From assembly GCF_009914755.1 (NCBI RefSeq), contig NC_060929.1: a stretch of DNA of 64,000 nt. One strand, written 5' to 3'. Under the pieces are notes generated by a model. It was given only the letters and a program-made list of their open reading frames with translations, was not told the origin of the DNA and did not search any database. How positions within the stretch are numbered: the first letter of the stretch is position 1; every line of letters begins with the position of its first letter. The position numbers and the translations under genes were made by a program. This stretch comes from the human T2T-CHM13v2.0 reference genome, Homo sapiens. Positions 43,355-59,014 of this stretch are shown piece by piece.

Positions 43355-44571
43355 AGAAGATTAAAATCATATCATGTATCTTTTCTGACCACAATGCTTT
43401 GAAACCAGAAATCAGTAACAGAAGAGATCTGGAAAATTCACAAATACAGTATGTGGAAATTATACAACATGCTCTTGAATAACCAATGGGTTAAAGAAGA
43501 AATCAAAAGGGAAGTCAAAAATATCTTGAGACATATCACTTAAATGTCTCCTTCATATCACTAAAAGAGGCATTGAAGAGGGTAGGAAAGACAGTCACGA
43601 ATTGCTGCCATGCCTCACACATCTCCCCAGTAGCAGCTGCGTGGCACAGAGACAGAATCTGTGTTCTTGGGGGAAGGAAGGTGTAGCGATTGTGGGACTG
43701 TGCACTGGAACTCAGTGCTGCCCTAAAACAGTGGAAAGCAACACCGGCAGAATTCAGCTGGCACCCGTGGAGGGAGCATTTAGACCAGCCCTGGCCAGAG
43801 GGGATCAACAATCCCAGTGGTTGGAATCGAAGTTCCAGCAAGGCTCACCACCATGGGCTCAAGTGCTCTGGGATTCTAAATAAACTTTAAGGTAGTCCAG
43901 GGTACAAGGACTGCAATTTCTAGGCAAATCCTAATACCATGCTGGGCTTAGAGCCAGTGGATTTGGTGGGGGGGGAGGAGGGGGCACGTGACCTACTGAG
44001 ACACCAGCTAGGATGGCCAAGGGAGTGCAGCTCGCAGCCCTGGGAAAGACTACTTCTTTCCACTCAAGAAGAGGAGAGGGATGACTAAAGAGGCCTCTGT
44101 CTAACAACTTGGATACCAGCTCAGCCACAGCAGGATAGGGCACCAGACAGAGTCCTGAGGTCCCCATTCCAGGCCCTACCTCCTGGAGGACATGTCTAGA
44201 TATATCCTGGGCCAGAAGGGAGCCCACTACCTTGAAGGGAAGAACCCAGTCCTGGCAGCATTCATCACCTGCTAACTTAAGAGCCCTTGGGCTCTGAATA
44301 GTCAGCAGCAATACCCAGGCAGTACTTGCAGTAGGCCTTGAACGGGATTCAGAGCCAGGCTGGCTTCAGGTGTGACCCAGCACATTCCCAGCTGTGGTGC
44401 CTATAAGGAGGGATGTCTTCTGCTTGAGAAAAGGAGAGGGAATTGTAAAGCGGACTTTTGTCTTGCAGCTTAAGCATCAGCTCAGCCACAGTGAGGTAAA
44501 GTACCAAGCTGACTCTTGATATCCCTGATTCCAGGCCTTGGTTCTTAGCATTTCTGGAGCTGCCCCTGGGC
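43355..44571 (+). mobile_element. L1 mosaic: ORF2 endonuclease-end fragment (43355-43533) fused to an old L1MA/PB-type 5'UTR (43534-44571)
   Basis: ttttctgaccacaatg…aacatgctcttgaataaccaatggg (ORF2), then gaactcagtgctgccc…ggataccagctcagccacagcaggatagggcacc (5'UTR). Confidence 0.75.
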
Positions 44572-44686
44572 AGTGACGGGGTTTCACCATGTTGACCAGG
44601 ATGGTCTTGATCTCCTGACCTCGTGATCCTCCCGCCTCGGCCTCCCAAAGTGCTGGGATTACAGGCATGAACCACCGCACCTGGAC
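44572..44686 (-). mobile_element. Alu 5' ~115 bp only (AluSc/Y-type head, no right arm or tail)
   Basis: gacggggtttcaccatgttgaccaggatggtcttgatctcctgacctcgtgatcc…. Confidence 0.9.
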
Positions 44687-44779
44687 TATAATAACAGATT
44701 CTTAATCTTTCAAGCTCCAACCTGCTGTGAGTTGGTCAGGACAAGGGAGTCAGTATGAACATGTGACTATAAGGAAACG

Positions 44780-45263
44780 CTTTTTGAAATTATCTTTGCT
44801 TGGACCAAAGGCAGAAGTTTGCATGTAGGTAGTTTATGTTGGAAGTGATCCCAGAGAGCAGGAGGGAAAGGCTGGGAGAGCCAAACAGGGAGGGAGGGAA
44901 AAAGCAACACCTGGATGTGTTATCAAGTTGGCTGACCACCGCCACAGGTGGCTCATGCTCCATCTCACTGGGACCCTTTGAGAATTCCAATAAGATTCAT
45001 CTCACAGCTGGGGGATCCATGGGGGAAACATCCATCCACTGGTTCCCAATGAGTAAGTGTGGCCCCATGGGCACTGACTCCCAGCACACCTGGGTTATGC
45101 ACATGTGAGCCCCTCAGTGTCAGAAAACATGGGCTCAGGGCAAGGCACTGTGATTGCCCCTGTGAGAAACTCACGAAAGCCTGCTCTGACCTGGTCACCA
45201 TAGCAGCAGCTGGAACAAAATATGGTGCTTCAAGCATCTGCAGTGATGCATAGACGCGTCTAC
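44780..45263 (-). mobile_element. Old ERVL-type LTR (LTR33/LTR16-like)
   Basis: ggtagtttatgttggaagtgatcccagagagcagg motif; ends …gtctaca. Confidence 0.4.
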
Positions 45264-45899
45264 AAGAGACACTGTCTTAGTAAGTGTGGTTTCTAAATGA
45301 CAGCCTGGAGCTGAAGGATGCAATTGTGGCTTTTGCTTTAACTATGGATCACAGTCCCTTAAGCTCACGTCGTCATCTGAAAAACAGAGAATAACATACC
45401 TACCTCACATTCTGGAAAAGACTTAAAACTAAAATGCTGCCATTCAATAGTTTTAAGAATTTCAGTAAGATTTAAAGACAGCAATTGGCTATTGAGTCAT
45501 TAGCTCCTGCTTGCCCCAATCCTACCCAGTTGCAAATTCTGAGGACTTCAGTGAATAGGTTCAGCTCTGCTCAGGCCCTAGAGACTGACAGCTTCATGTT
45601 GAGTCTACAGTTTTCTCTGCTACCCTACAGTATTATGTGTGGGCATCTGCCTGCTTTCCAAATGTACATTCCAGTTTCCTGAAAGCGAGGTTCCAAGGCC
45701 TGCCCAGCCCTTATGAACCTCCTTTTCCAGGGGGTGCTGGGCTCTGTCCACATAGCATGGCTGAATATGATCCTGCTTCTTCCTGGACCTACGGAACCTA
45801 AACATGGATATAATATTTGTAATTGCCCAGAGATTACTGCTGCAGTATCCTCACCAACCAGTGCAAAATGGCAAAAGCCCAGATAGTGATGATGATGAA

Positions 45900-46155
45900 G
45901 ATAATAATAATAGCTGTATTTATTAAATTCCTGCTTATGCCAGGCCTGGTGCTAGGTGCTTTATGTGAATTCTCTCATTTAATCCTCACAATAGTCCGCT
46001 GAGCAAGCTTTATCCCTATTTTGCAGATAACAAAACAGATGCTCAGAAAAGTAATTTATCCATATCACCAAATTAGTAAGTGGTAGAATGAGGGCCTGAG
46101 CCTCAGGTCTGTACAATTACAGAGCCTCTATTCCGATTTAATCATTGTGCTACAC
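45900..46155 (-). mobile_element. MIR
   Basis: tctcatttaatcctcacaa…cctattttgcagataacaaaacagatgctcaga. Confidence 0.8.
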
Positions 46156-48556
46156 AGTCTCTCCAAGATGGGTCCTAAACCTGCCATGTCTACTTGGCCG
46201 TGATAAGTCAGACTCCTTGTCAATTTTCTGGAGCCTGTCCTATAGCCAGCTCAGCCTCCTATCTATGGCTTTGCCCAGCCTTGGCTTCCCACCTTCTCCC
46301 TGTTCCCAACATGCCAAGTTGAGTCTACTATTAACAATATTTTCCAAGGAATTGACTGGACCTGGAATCTTTTTGGTACATTTCCGTATCAGTCATTTGA
46401 CTTGAGCAGTCTTTGAAATCAAAAAGTGATATAAAGTCCTCATGTATTCTTTGAGTTACGATTAAATCTAGGTTTATTACCAAGTTCCTACGATGAGCAA
46501 TATATGCCCAAAGCTAAGACTAGTAAGAGAGCAAGGAGAATGTGCTTCAGGGAATAGACTGAATTGGGGTTGAGATAATGACATGTAACTTTAAAAGCAA
46601 AGCATTGTCCTGAAACACCAACAATTAAAATCATTTTTCTTTTCCAAAATGTGTCTCTTACTCTCTACACACTGTATATATACATGACAGGGAGAAAGAT
46701 CCACCGACCATTATTTTCACACCTGCAAACATATTCTCAAAGTTCCATATGTTTTTCAAGGCCTCAATGCTTAAGAAAATACACCTTGGCTGACTGGTTG
46801 CATATCTCCAAGGAAGAGGCTGTTTATGTCTGCTCCTGTCTGAATCTTGAGACTTGGAACACCTTATTATCATGACCCATAATTTCTTCCTCATTTACAG
46901 TTCTCAGCAGGATCTCCAGTTGATGGCTACACAGACCATGCCCTAATCCATAGGAACACAGTTTCTGCATTCAATGTAAAAAGTGATCTTGCTTAAGTCC
47001 CAAAATCAATTAGTGCTTCAAGACTTGGGAAAATATTATCAACAAAGGAATAGCCACCCAAGGAAAAAAGCAAATAAATCCCTGCAGAGAAAATAAATGC
47101 CATTCATTTCCAGTCATATACAGCAATAAAACTGATTAAATTCCTCACAAATATAAGCTGACAAAGCAGTGGGAATGTGATAATGAAGGTCTCATAGCTT
47201 CACAGGGACTTTGCCTCCGAGAAGCTAGCAAGGATGCCTAAATCCTTTTTATTACTATTGGGAGGAAAGAAGTAGCAAGATTGAGAATTCTTTACCTCTG
47301 TTACAGTTCTATAAATTTTTATAAATAACTGTATTACTAAGCAAAGCACAGGGTAGAATTTAAGAAAAAGGAATGCCCCTAAAAATGAGATATACCTCCC
47401 CACTTTTCAGAACAGTATGTTCTGTCGTAAACAAGACACTTTACTATTCACATAGCCATGTGATACTATGATTGCAGCACCTGAAATGGAAAGTAAAAGA
47501 TCTAAATTTTCAAACCATTTCTGGCACTGGTCCCCTGTGCTTTTCGACAAATGACTTCCCTGTGTTTATTTCCCGATTTACAAAACGGTGATAATTATTT
47601 CTAACCTACCCCAGAGAAGTAGAAGATAAAGCATGCTCCAGAACAAAAAGTATTTTTAAAAGACCTTAATAATAACAACCCTCTTTTTTGGAAAAAAAGA
47701 TTGTTTCTATTTTATGGGGAAATACTTTACTAATCGTGAGTTTGTCCATAGAAAGATTTTATAATATTAAAAAAGAAAGATTCCTGAATATGGATGGATT
47801 AGCCTTGAGAATATATTTGAACTATATAGTTTCTAATGATTAAAATTTCAAAGAAAATATGTTTTACAATATGGATCCTGAATAACATATTCAGGATCCC
47901 ACAATCCTATTTGTTGTATGTTATAATAACTTTTCTTCCGGCCATAATCCTATTTTTTATATGTTGTAATAATTTCTCTTCTGGCACCAAGGAAGAAAGG
48001 ATAGCACATCACAGCAAACAAGTTAAGCATCTGGGTTTTCTTTGAAGCAGCTGGAAAGGCTTTCTTTCCCCATTCTGCCTCCATTATGTTGCATTCTGCA
48101 TTGATGAAATAACAATAGGTATGATCGTGGTTCCTGTCCAAGTGCCTTTCTACATGCTGAGTCCCCACTGGAGGTATGGACTATAAGAAATGAAACTTGC
48201 TTCCCCCACTTTTTTTTTTTCTTTAACATTCCAACCCCAGTCTTATGCAACCAAATGAATTGCATCTTTCAATGGAGTCACTGGGAGGCAATACCCTTAT
48301 TTCAAAGATGATGCTCAAAACTGGTTTTGGAATTGCCTTCGAAGCCAGTTTATGAGTTTCCTAAGCAAAATGACTTTACTACTCCTGCCTCCAAAGTACA
48401 TTAAACAGACACAGCTTTTGCCTTGAAGACTCTTACAGTCTACTATGTGTTATTCTCACCCAGCCTGATCATTGCAAGAGAAAATCTTCAACAAAATAAT
48501 CCCTGGAGAACTCTCAAGAGGTATGAATTACTGCAATTATGAAGCTACCATCTAAA

Positions 48557-49157
<601 letters not shown>

Positions 49158-50010
49158 ACCCAGGCCCTTTTCTCCCCTGAATAATGAAGGCCAGGGCACT
49201 ATTTAGTATTGAATAACTGAGCTCTTCCTGCCATTTTCTTAATTCCTTTAATTTATGAGTAGATAAAGTATAAAAACACTATCTATAACACTGGGCAGTT
49301 TGGTGTTCTAACAAAGAAAATCTTAGGTCAATCCAACACACACCGGAAAGAATAGAAGTCAAAACAGAGATAGTAAAGAAAGGCTTAGAGGCTCTTTCAC
49401 CCACCACCAATTCTGCCTCTGATTGGCCTCTGATGCCACACTAGCTTGGAGAGACTGTATGCAGCTTCCTCAAAGCTGGGAAAAGGCCAGAGGCAGCTTT
49501 GAACCAGAGGAGTTTGCCTCTGCCTAGGAAAAACAGAACCTGTTATCTAAATTGCCTAATGATTCACAACCCAAACAAAGGAAACTCACAAGACCAGAAT
49601 CCAGAGACAGCAGGGGGCCAGAAAAAGCTGAGACAGGAATGTCATGCTTAGGACCAGAAGGGGAGAAAGGAGATGAAATTGAAGACTCAAGAAATGCCTC
49701 TGAAGACTCTTAATTTCATTATCTCAAGAGACCAAGGCAGCCAGGCCTCTGTGCATTCTTAGGAGTGCAGACTCCATGGCCCAGACTGTGCGCAGACAGA
49801 CTTCATATCTGTCACATGGGATGGAGGCACATCCTTCGGGGAGTCACATTAACCATCATCAAGATTTGCCAGTGTCAAGAAGCACAGGATGAGTATGATG
49901 GGTCCAAAGGGCCTGGGACCTGAAGAGGGCTGTCTAACAGCCAAGCAAACCCCATGGCCACATGCTAGACTGCTTCCCCACTGCCCACAGGGAGCTAAGG
50001 GAAACCATAG

Positions 50011-50397
<387 letters not shown>

Positions 50398-51274
50398 TGA
50401 ATGAAGGAATAAAGTTGATCTCCTTTAAAGAATTTAAAATTCTTCCATCGAAGAATCAAAAGAAAACAATGGAAACCTGAGATTTTGAACTTTAACAAAA
50501 ATCCATGAAATTAATTGTATTCTCTTCCATAATTTGCCTGTTTTAATATAACAATGTTTTAAATTATTAACCAGATAAATTATTTATTTTCCCTTCTATA
50601 TATTCAAGCAAAATGAACACTCCAGGAAGATGTGCCCCATTTCTCCTGTGGTCTTGTGTGCCTCTTTGAACACCAAAGGCTGGACAGGCCTAGTCAACAT
50701 GCTCAGAACACACCTTCACTTCCTCTTCCTACATCCCTGCTCACTCCCCATGCCCAAAACGTCCTGCTCTCCGTGTCCATTGCCTACCTACATCTTAACA
50801 ATCACTCAAGCACAGTTTAATGGATGTCCCGCCTCCCCTAAGAAGCTCCTCAATGACCCCTCTGCTGTCCAGACTTCATCTTTCTGTTCTGCCCTTAACC
50901 TGGGGAACCGTGGCTCCTGCAGATGTGTAGCTGAATCTTGAATCCACGCATACTCCTGTACCTCACACAGTCCCCGAGTTCTTTGCTAGGCATTGTGCTA
51001 GACTAGTGCCTGACATGTTTTTGGTCCCTCCTTCACAATTCACACTCCCTTTGGTAACATTTCTTCTCATACTAAGTGATTTTCAGTCTAGAGGGCAAGG
51101 AATCAACACAGTCTTTACAGGGGATGGATCATGGCCTCAGACACGGGAAAGGAAATCTCCACACCACACACTTGCCTGACCCCCTCTTCACCCACAGAGG
51201 AATCTGAGACTTGTGCCTCACACTGAATTAGAGACCACTACCATGATTCTAGGTGTGCTTTAAGAGAGGAGACT

Positions 51275-51602
<328 letters not shown>

Positions 51603-53389
51603 TCAGAACTCCTCAGGACAGTACATTGTCTTAAATAACAAGTAGAGTTATGCTTGTTAAAGTTATGCTTGTTAACTGACTAATTTCTGTTACCAAAAAG
51701 AAAATAATGAGTGGTCAGGTGACCTCACCTGGGACCAGCCTGATGATCACAACCCACCATAGACACCAACCGGTCAGGCCACTCCCTCCAGCGACTCACA
51801 GATGTGATCTGAATGCACTGTACACAGGGTTATTTGCAGCCCTGAGTTTTCCTTAGGCCCCACTACTCAGCCTGCTCTATTACCTCTGGACTCCAGAGGG
51901 ACCTTCAAACAAAAGGGGACACCAAAGTGGGAGTTTAAAATGGCAACCTACGGCCAGCACTGTCAGCGCAAACACAGCACTCCCTTTGTTCCCCACCTCT
52001 ATTTCTTTTATATTTTGACTAATTTGCATGTATCTGAATAGTTCACCAGATCACAGGCTATTTTGAGGACAGGTATATAACTTTTTTGGTAGCTTCCACG
52101 GCAATGGATGTCATTCTTAATGTTTGCTAAATTTGTTACAACAATCCTCATTTTTTAAAAAGAAGATATTGACAAGAAAGTGTTCTGAGATGGAAACAAA
52201 AGAAAAAGAAAAAGAAAAAAAGATCCTTTTCTTTGAATAGTCACGGTAGGAGAGGCTGATTAGATATGGCCCATACTGTGAAAGAAAAATACAAAAAAAG
52301 ATCATAAAGATTACAGTCAGTTAAGAGTGTAAACCACTGGAAAGGAATAAACCTGTGGTGCCAATAATCTCTGAAATATTTTCTCATTAAGAAAACATGA
52401 AAAAAGAGTCCTACAAGGTTAAGGATTGTTCTGTAAGAAAGGAACAAGCCTGGAAGGCAGAATTTCTGTATACAACATTTTGTTGATGCTTTGTACCTAA
52501 CTGCCAAAGACAGCAAGAGAAGCGACTGGGGATTTTTTTCAAATATATTTTTATTATTGTTTTTAAGCCTGATGGGGCAATCTCATGCTTCTGAAAGCAA
52601 TGGACAGCAGCCTGTTTGAAGCCAAGCACAGCGGGGTGGTCCCCCACCAAGAGCTTAGGCACTGCGTTCCCAGGCCCTCCACGGAAGAGCAAGTCTCTGA
52701 TAAACTCCTGGGGAGGAAGGCGACTGTAGTCTTTCCTCAGCTGACTAAGCCAGAGCTTCAAATCAAGTCAGAGAACCACAGTAATCTTTGTATAACCCCA
52801 AAGCGGAGAGGAATCTGGGACAGAATGCCAACAAAGGCTAGCCCGGGAAATCTCTCTCTCGTTTTCTGGAGCGAATGCCTTGATACAAATATATTGCACA
52901 CATATGTGCAGCAGTTACCACTGCCCTCAAGGAGAACCCCACACAAGGAGAGTAAAATGGGAAAGTATTAGTCTGTTTTGGTTCTTTAGTAGCTAAAATC
53001 TAACCAACTTTCATTTTTTTTCTTAGAAATATTACTACAGGGTAAATCCTCATTTTTACATTCTAGAAGAGATGAGTATAAACAATGCATCACTTTTGTT
53101 TTTTCAACTGATAATACTGGTGCCCCCTTTGAAACCTAAATGTCTATCTTGAATCTATTACTAATGACAATGTTAAAAAGATTCCAGACCAAAAGCACCA
53201 GCATCTATTTTCCGCTCATTCATGAATGCATATTCCTCACTTAGTGCCCCCATCTTCCTCCAGCTGCCTGTCTCTGGCCATTTCACTGCTCATTAATATT
53301 TCTACTGGAAGGGGAGGAGAACTTGAGAAAGATAAAAAACACAATCAGCCCATTTTTACCACTGGTTTCTGGGTAGAATGCAAGCTAGA

Positions 53390-53472
53390 AAAGAATATGA
53401 AATTTTGTAGAGAGTCATGTTTTCACATGAAGTGATATGAAAACATGACTCTACAAAATTTCATTATTCTTT
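53390..53472. repeat. Inverted repeat / hairpin with ~38-bp arms
   Basis: Left arm aaagaatatgaaattttgtagagagtcatgttttcacat; reverse complement of the right arm aaagaataatgaaattttgtagagtcatgttttcatat; loop gaagtg. Confidence 0.92.
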
Positions 53473-53499
53473 GGCAAATATAGTTTGTCCTATGCTGAT

Positions 53500-53852
53500 T
53501 GGTATGGTTTGGCTGTGTCCCCACCCAAATCTCATCTCGAATTGTAATCCCCAGGTGTTGAAGAAGGGACCTGGTGGGAGGTGACTGGATCATGGGGGCT
53601 GGTTCTCCCATGCTGTTCACATGATAGTGAGTAAGTTCTCACAAGAGCTGATGGTTTTATAAAGGGCTCTTCCCCCTTCACTTTCTCTCTCTCTCCTGCC
53701 ACCATGTAAGATGTGCTTGCTTTCCCTTCCGCCGTGATTGTAAGTTTCCTGAGGCCTCCCCAGCCATGTGGAACTGGCTCTTAAACCTCTTTCCTTTATA
53801 AATTACCCAGCTCAGGTATTTCTTTATAGCAGTGTGAGAATGGACTAATACA
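53500..53852 (+). mobile_element. THE1D/MSTA-type solo LTR
   Basis: tggtatggtttggctgtgtcccc…ggactaataca; perfect 5-bp TSD ctgat. Confidence 0.9.
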
Positions 53853-54334
53853 CTGATTTTCACCCAATTCCAAAAGATGGCTGCATATGTATCAAAAAGG
53901 CATACTTCAGCCAAAAAGTCACGAGCAGTCTAATAGCTCTTTGTTTTAGTTGGAATTCAGTGAACTACATTCTCCCATGGTGGAATCCATTCCCAGGGGT
54001 ATTATGTCAGATACCGCTTTACCTCCCATGTGACTGAGGCAGCCTATAGCTGCCTTCTGACAGTCATCAAGGCAACGCTAACCTTTCTGCATCATTATCA
54101 GATGGACTCACCTAACTGTGGTAAGAGGACAAGTGTAAGAGACAAGGCTAAGTCTCCATTCTAACATAAGTGGTTGCACTTAGCCTCTCTGGGTCTCTGT
54201 TTTTAAAATGAAAACATTGTGTGGGGATTGTCTCTAAAACCCTTTCCAGCTCTATCTTTCTAGAACTTCAATTATCCAGGATTTCTCTGCATGGCTCCCA
54301 TACTCTAAGCTGACCTGGATCACAGCCTACTGAC

Positions 54335-54550
54335 ACAGTGATTATAAGCTTGAGCTCTGAAATCAGACAGGCCTGAGTTTGACTCCATTCCTCCACTTAG
54401 GAAGTGCTATGCTTTGAATGAGTTATATTACTCTCTAAGCACCTACTTCTTCATCTAGAAATTGGGGATAATAGTAGTACCTATTAAATGGGTAGATACA
54501 TGTAAAGTGCTTGGCACAACAACTAGGTTACAGGAAGTACTCATAAATTT
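54335..54550 (+). mobile_element. MIR
   Basis: gagctctgaaatcagacaggcctgagtttga…catgtaaagtgcttggcaca. Confidence 0.75.
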
Positions 54551-54594
54551 TTGGTTGTTACTGTCATAATCATTCTCCATTATTTTCTCCATGG

Positions 54595-54935
54595 AGGCAT
54601 CTGGAATGGACCATTCTCTCTCTCTCTGCCTATTCAAACTCTAGCATCCTTCCGCCAACAGCTCAAGCCCCAGCTCCTCTGTGAAGTCTTCTCACACAAC
54701 TCCACTCATATTTCCCCTCCCTACTACGAAACAGCACTTACTGTCATTGTCAATGTCACACCATTTAGAAATTAGTTGTATAAAGTCTTACACTATTAGC
54801 AAGTGGGTTGGATAGCTAGCCTTACTGCTCATATAAGAATGTAAACTCTTGAAAGCAGAACCTGGAACTTTTATATGTGCGTAAACACAGAGGTGACACT
54901 GCTCATCACACAGAAGATGCTCAATAAATGAAGGT
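54595..54935 (+). mobile_element. L2 3' fragment
   Basis: cctctgtgaagtcttc…gaatgtaaactcttgaaagcaga…atgctcaataaatg. Confidence 0.65.
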
Positions 54936-55474
54936 GAGTTGAGGTTTTTATTTTACCGAAAAAGTATTAATGCAAGTTCCCAAGGTGTCAAATATATACC
55001 CATGGATTGAAGAATGGGCCTGAATTTTTATAATCGTTTACAGCTTCCTACGTATTTTTCTGGATTTACAACAAAATCCCTAAGTAGAAGAAATCAGTCC
55101 ATGGATCCCCAAGAAAACTAGAGCCAGCTCCCGCTCAAGTTTCAAAGGCTCTGAGGTGTGATGCTGTTAAAAGCATCTATTTGCCCAAAGTTGTTCTTAT
55201 CTTCACAGTCACTCACAAGTCACAATATTTTAAACAATTATTCCCAGGCCCACAACAATTACTTTTTTTTGTGGAGGTCAATGGCGATAGAGTCGCTATT
55301 GTCTGTTTTTCAGAGAAGTCTGCTGAGCTGCCTTGTGGATGGGGACACTGGGACTATCACACAAGTATTAGGACGAGCATTTGCATGTGTGGTGAATGTT
55401 TCTCCTAGGAAAAGAACTAGTAGAGGATGGGAGGTGATCAGAAAGAATACTAAAAAATTTCAATCATTCCAAAG

Positions 55475-55900
55475 TGACTGCATGGAATTATGGTCCCCAA
55501 AGATGTCCTAACCTCAGAACCTGTGAATATGTTACCTTACATGGCAACGGGGAGTTAAAGTTGCCATGGAATTGAAGTTGCTAACTAGCTGACCTAAATA
55601 TAGGGAGATTATCCTGGATTATTGGAGAGGGCATAGGTTATGAGCTCTAAAAGTTAAAGAAGGAAGAATAGACTAGAGTGACGAGAGAGAAGAAAAAGGA
55701 GGAGAGATTCAAAACATGAGGAGGACTCAACCCACTGTTAAAGGCTCTGAAGGTGGAAGGAGAAAGTCAAAGAATAAGGGGAAGCCTCCAGAAGCTAGAA
55801 TGAGCCTTAAGCTGACAGCCAGACAATGAGGGTCTTGGTCATAGGACCACAGGGAGTTGAGTTCTCCCAAAAAACCCAAATGGTCTCTGCATTAGCCCTA
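55475..55900 (+). mobile_element. MLT1D/E-like MaLR LTR fragment
   Basis: ccccaaagatgtcc…aacctgtgaatatgttaccttacatggcaa…gggagattatcctggattat. Confidence 0.8.
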
Positions 55901-56308
55901 GAAGACCAAATAGCCCAATGCTTACTTTAATGCCATTTCTGGCATCCTGGAACATCAATAATGGTGAGGTACAGTTTACCAGCACAGATAATCAGTGTAG
56001 CTACATCACAGTAAAACAAGGCACATTATTTGGTGTTAGTATTAATATCTGAATAGTCTCTTTCAAATATAGATAAGCATTCTGGATGTCATTTGGAGCA
56101 AAAAACCTCCTATGTCCTTTACTATATATGTTACAATTTTAATCAAAGTATAGCTGTTTAGTATAATAAAAATAAAATACTACAATCATTAATGGTTAAT
56201 ATTTTGTTATAAATATGATTGCTGATATTATAATAATATATATACTTAAGAACTTTCAGAGTTAAAAAATAGGAAAATGAATGAATAGTTAATGAAAGAG
56301 AAAATGTT

Positions 56309-56590
56309 ACTTTGGAAGGCCAAGGCAGGTGGATTGCCTGAGGCTAGGAGTTTGAGACCAGCCTGGCCAACATGGTGAAACCCTGTCTCTACTAAAAATA
56401 CAAAAATTTGGCAGGCGTGATGGTGGGCACCTGTAATCCCAGCTACTTGTGAGGTGGAGGCTGAGGCAGGAGAATTACTTGAACTGGGAAGGCAGAGGTT
56501 GCAATGAGCTGAGATCACGCCACTGCACTACGGCCTGGGTGACAGAGCGAGATTCTGTCTCCAAAATAAAAAATAAAAATAAATAAATAA
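56309..56590 (+). mobile_element. 5'-truncated AluS
   Basis: Starts at actttggaagg; (TAAA)n tail; TSD gagaaaatgt. Confidence 0.88.
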
Positions 56591-57449
56591 ATGAGAAAAT
56601 GTGGTAGATAGATAACTTTAGGAAGAACCTTGTATATTTATGAAACCATAAATATTTATTAAAATTAAATAATAATACATGGCAAATAGATTATATAATT
56701 TTGATTTTTCTAGTAGTATATGGTAAACTAGCATTCATCACTTTAAACAAAATGACCTTTAAGCATCACATTTAATTTTTGATTATTTAATTTCATTTTT
56801 AAGTCATACATTTTTCAAAAAAAGGAGATGAATTAAAAGCAGAATTTCAACTTTGCTCCCTCAATAATTAATGGTACAAAAAACTCCAAAATCATATCCA
56901 ATAGCTTGCATAATAAATCACCTTCAATTTAAACATAAAGAATATAAGAAATATGAAGAAAAGAAGAAAGTATCAGAGGAAATAATGAGGTTCTCAAAAC
57001 ATATTGTATTCTCAGTAATCAAAATCAAAGACTGCTTTAAAAAATAATTCCTCATGATTTTCAGAAGCTAAAATATAAATGAAAAATGTGTCATAATAAT
57101 TGTTACAGGCTGCTAACCATCTTCAGTAGAAGAAGGAGGATTCTTGACATTCCTGATGCTCATTAACAGACTATTGAATTAGGAAATAAGCCACTTCGTC
57201 CTGTGCATAGTCAGCCTCATTCCCTACTGTTTCCCAGGGCCTAGCAGAGAGCTTGGCCCGTGGCAGGTGTGCCGCTGATGAGTGAACAAGTGAATGAATG
57301 AATGAATAATAAGCATAGGTAGTAGCAAATAGCCTGATGAGAGTAACAAGAGGAAACAGAAGCCATAAAAACAAATAAAAAGCAAACCGGAGACCAAAGG
57401 CTAGAAATGGTTTAATCTCTAGCCACTTAGCTATTATTATATCACACAA

Positions 57450-58184
<735 letters not shown>

Positions 58185-59014
58185 AGGGTCTTTATTTCTT
58201 TCTAAGATCAGATGATCTTGTAAGATCCTTACAACTCCTAAGAAAAAAAAAAAAAGAGGGGTGGGGAAGGGATAGGTGTAATACAAAATGTCAAGTTGCC
58301 CTTAACCCTTAACTTGAATCAAAATAAATGAACCTCTGCTCACATAGGAAGCTGTCTTTCTCACTTACCTCAAGAGATTTCTCAAAGCCTGCAGGTCTCA
58401 CTGGTGCCTGCTAATTCCCTCATGATTTTATTTTGCATCTCTAGTCAGCAGAGTCTTGAAGTTTGATAAGCCCTGCATAGGTCTTTATGCTTAGACAGGG
58501 CTCACCTAGCTACTTGTCCAAATAGGAGTCCTAACAGTAATGCATTCAATAATGTTTGTTTGCAGAGTTCACAGACACATTAATAATTAGTTTGTCTTTG
58601 TAGATTCTATATCTTTAAATATTTGGCTAGACGACTGTAGGAGACAGCAGATATGGGTACCAGATAAGAAGCAATGTAAGTAAATGCATTTTTTTAGCAG
58701 CTTGTGACAACCTGAATTTATTTCAGCTCCTTCTTCTTGCTGTCACTGTAGTTTCCAGGTGATTATTTCTACATAGAATCTACTTTTCATTTTGCTTCAT
58801 CCTCCAGTGCAGCCTGTCCAACATAACATAGCTCTTGCCTCACAGAGAATTTTGGCTCCAGTGAGTTCTGAGAGGAGCATAAAATATAAGAAACGGATTC
58901 ATCTTAAATGTGACCTTCAAAATGGAGTGCAAAAGATGAGATTAAAGTAAACCCAAACAAATTGGAAAGTTTCTTGCAATTTAGTCAATAAATATGCTCA
59001 GTTCAAGGAAGTTC

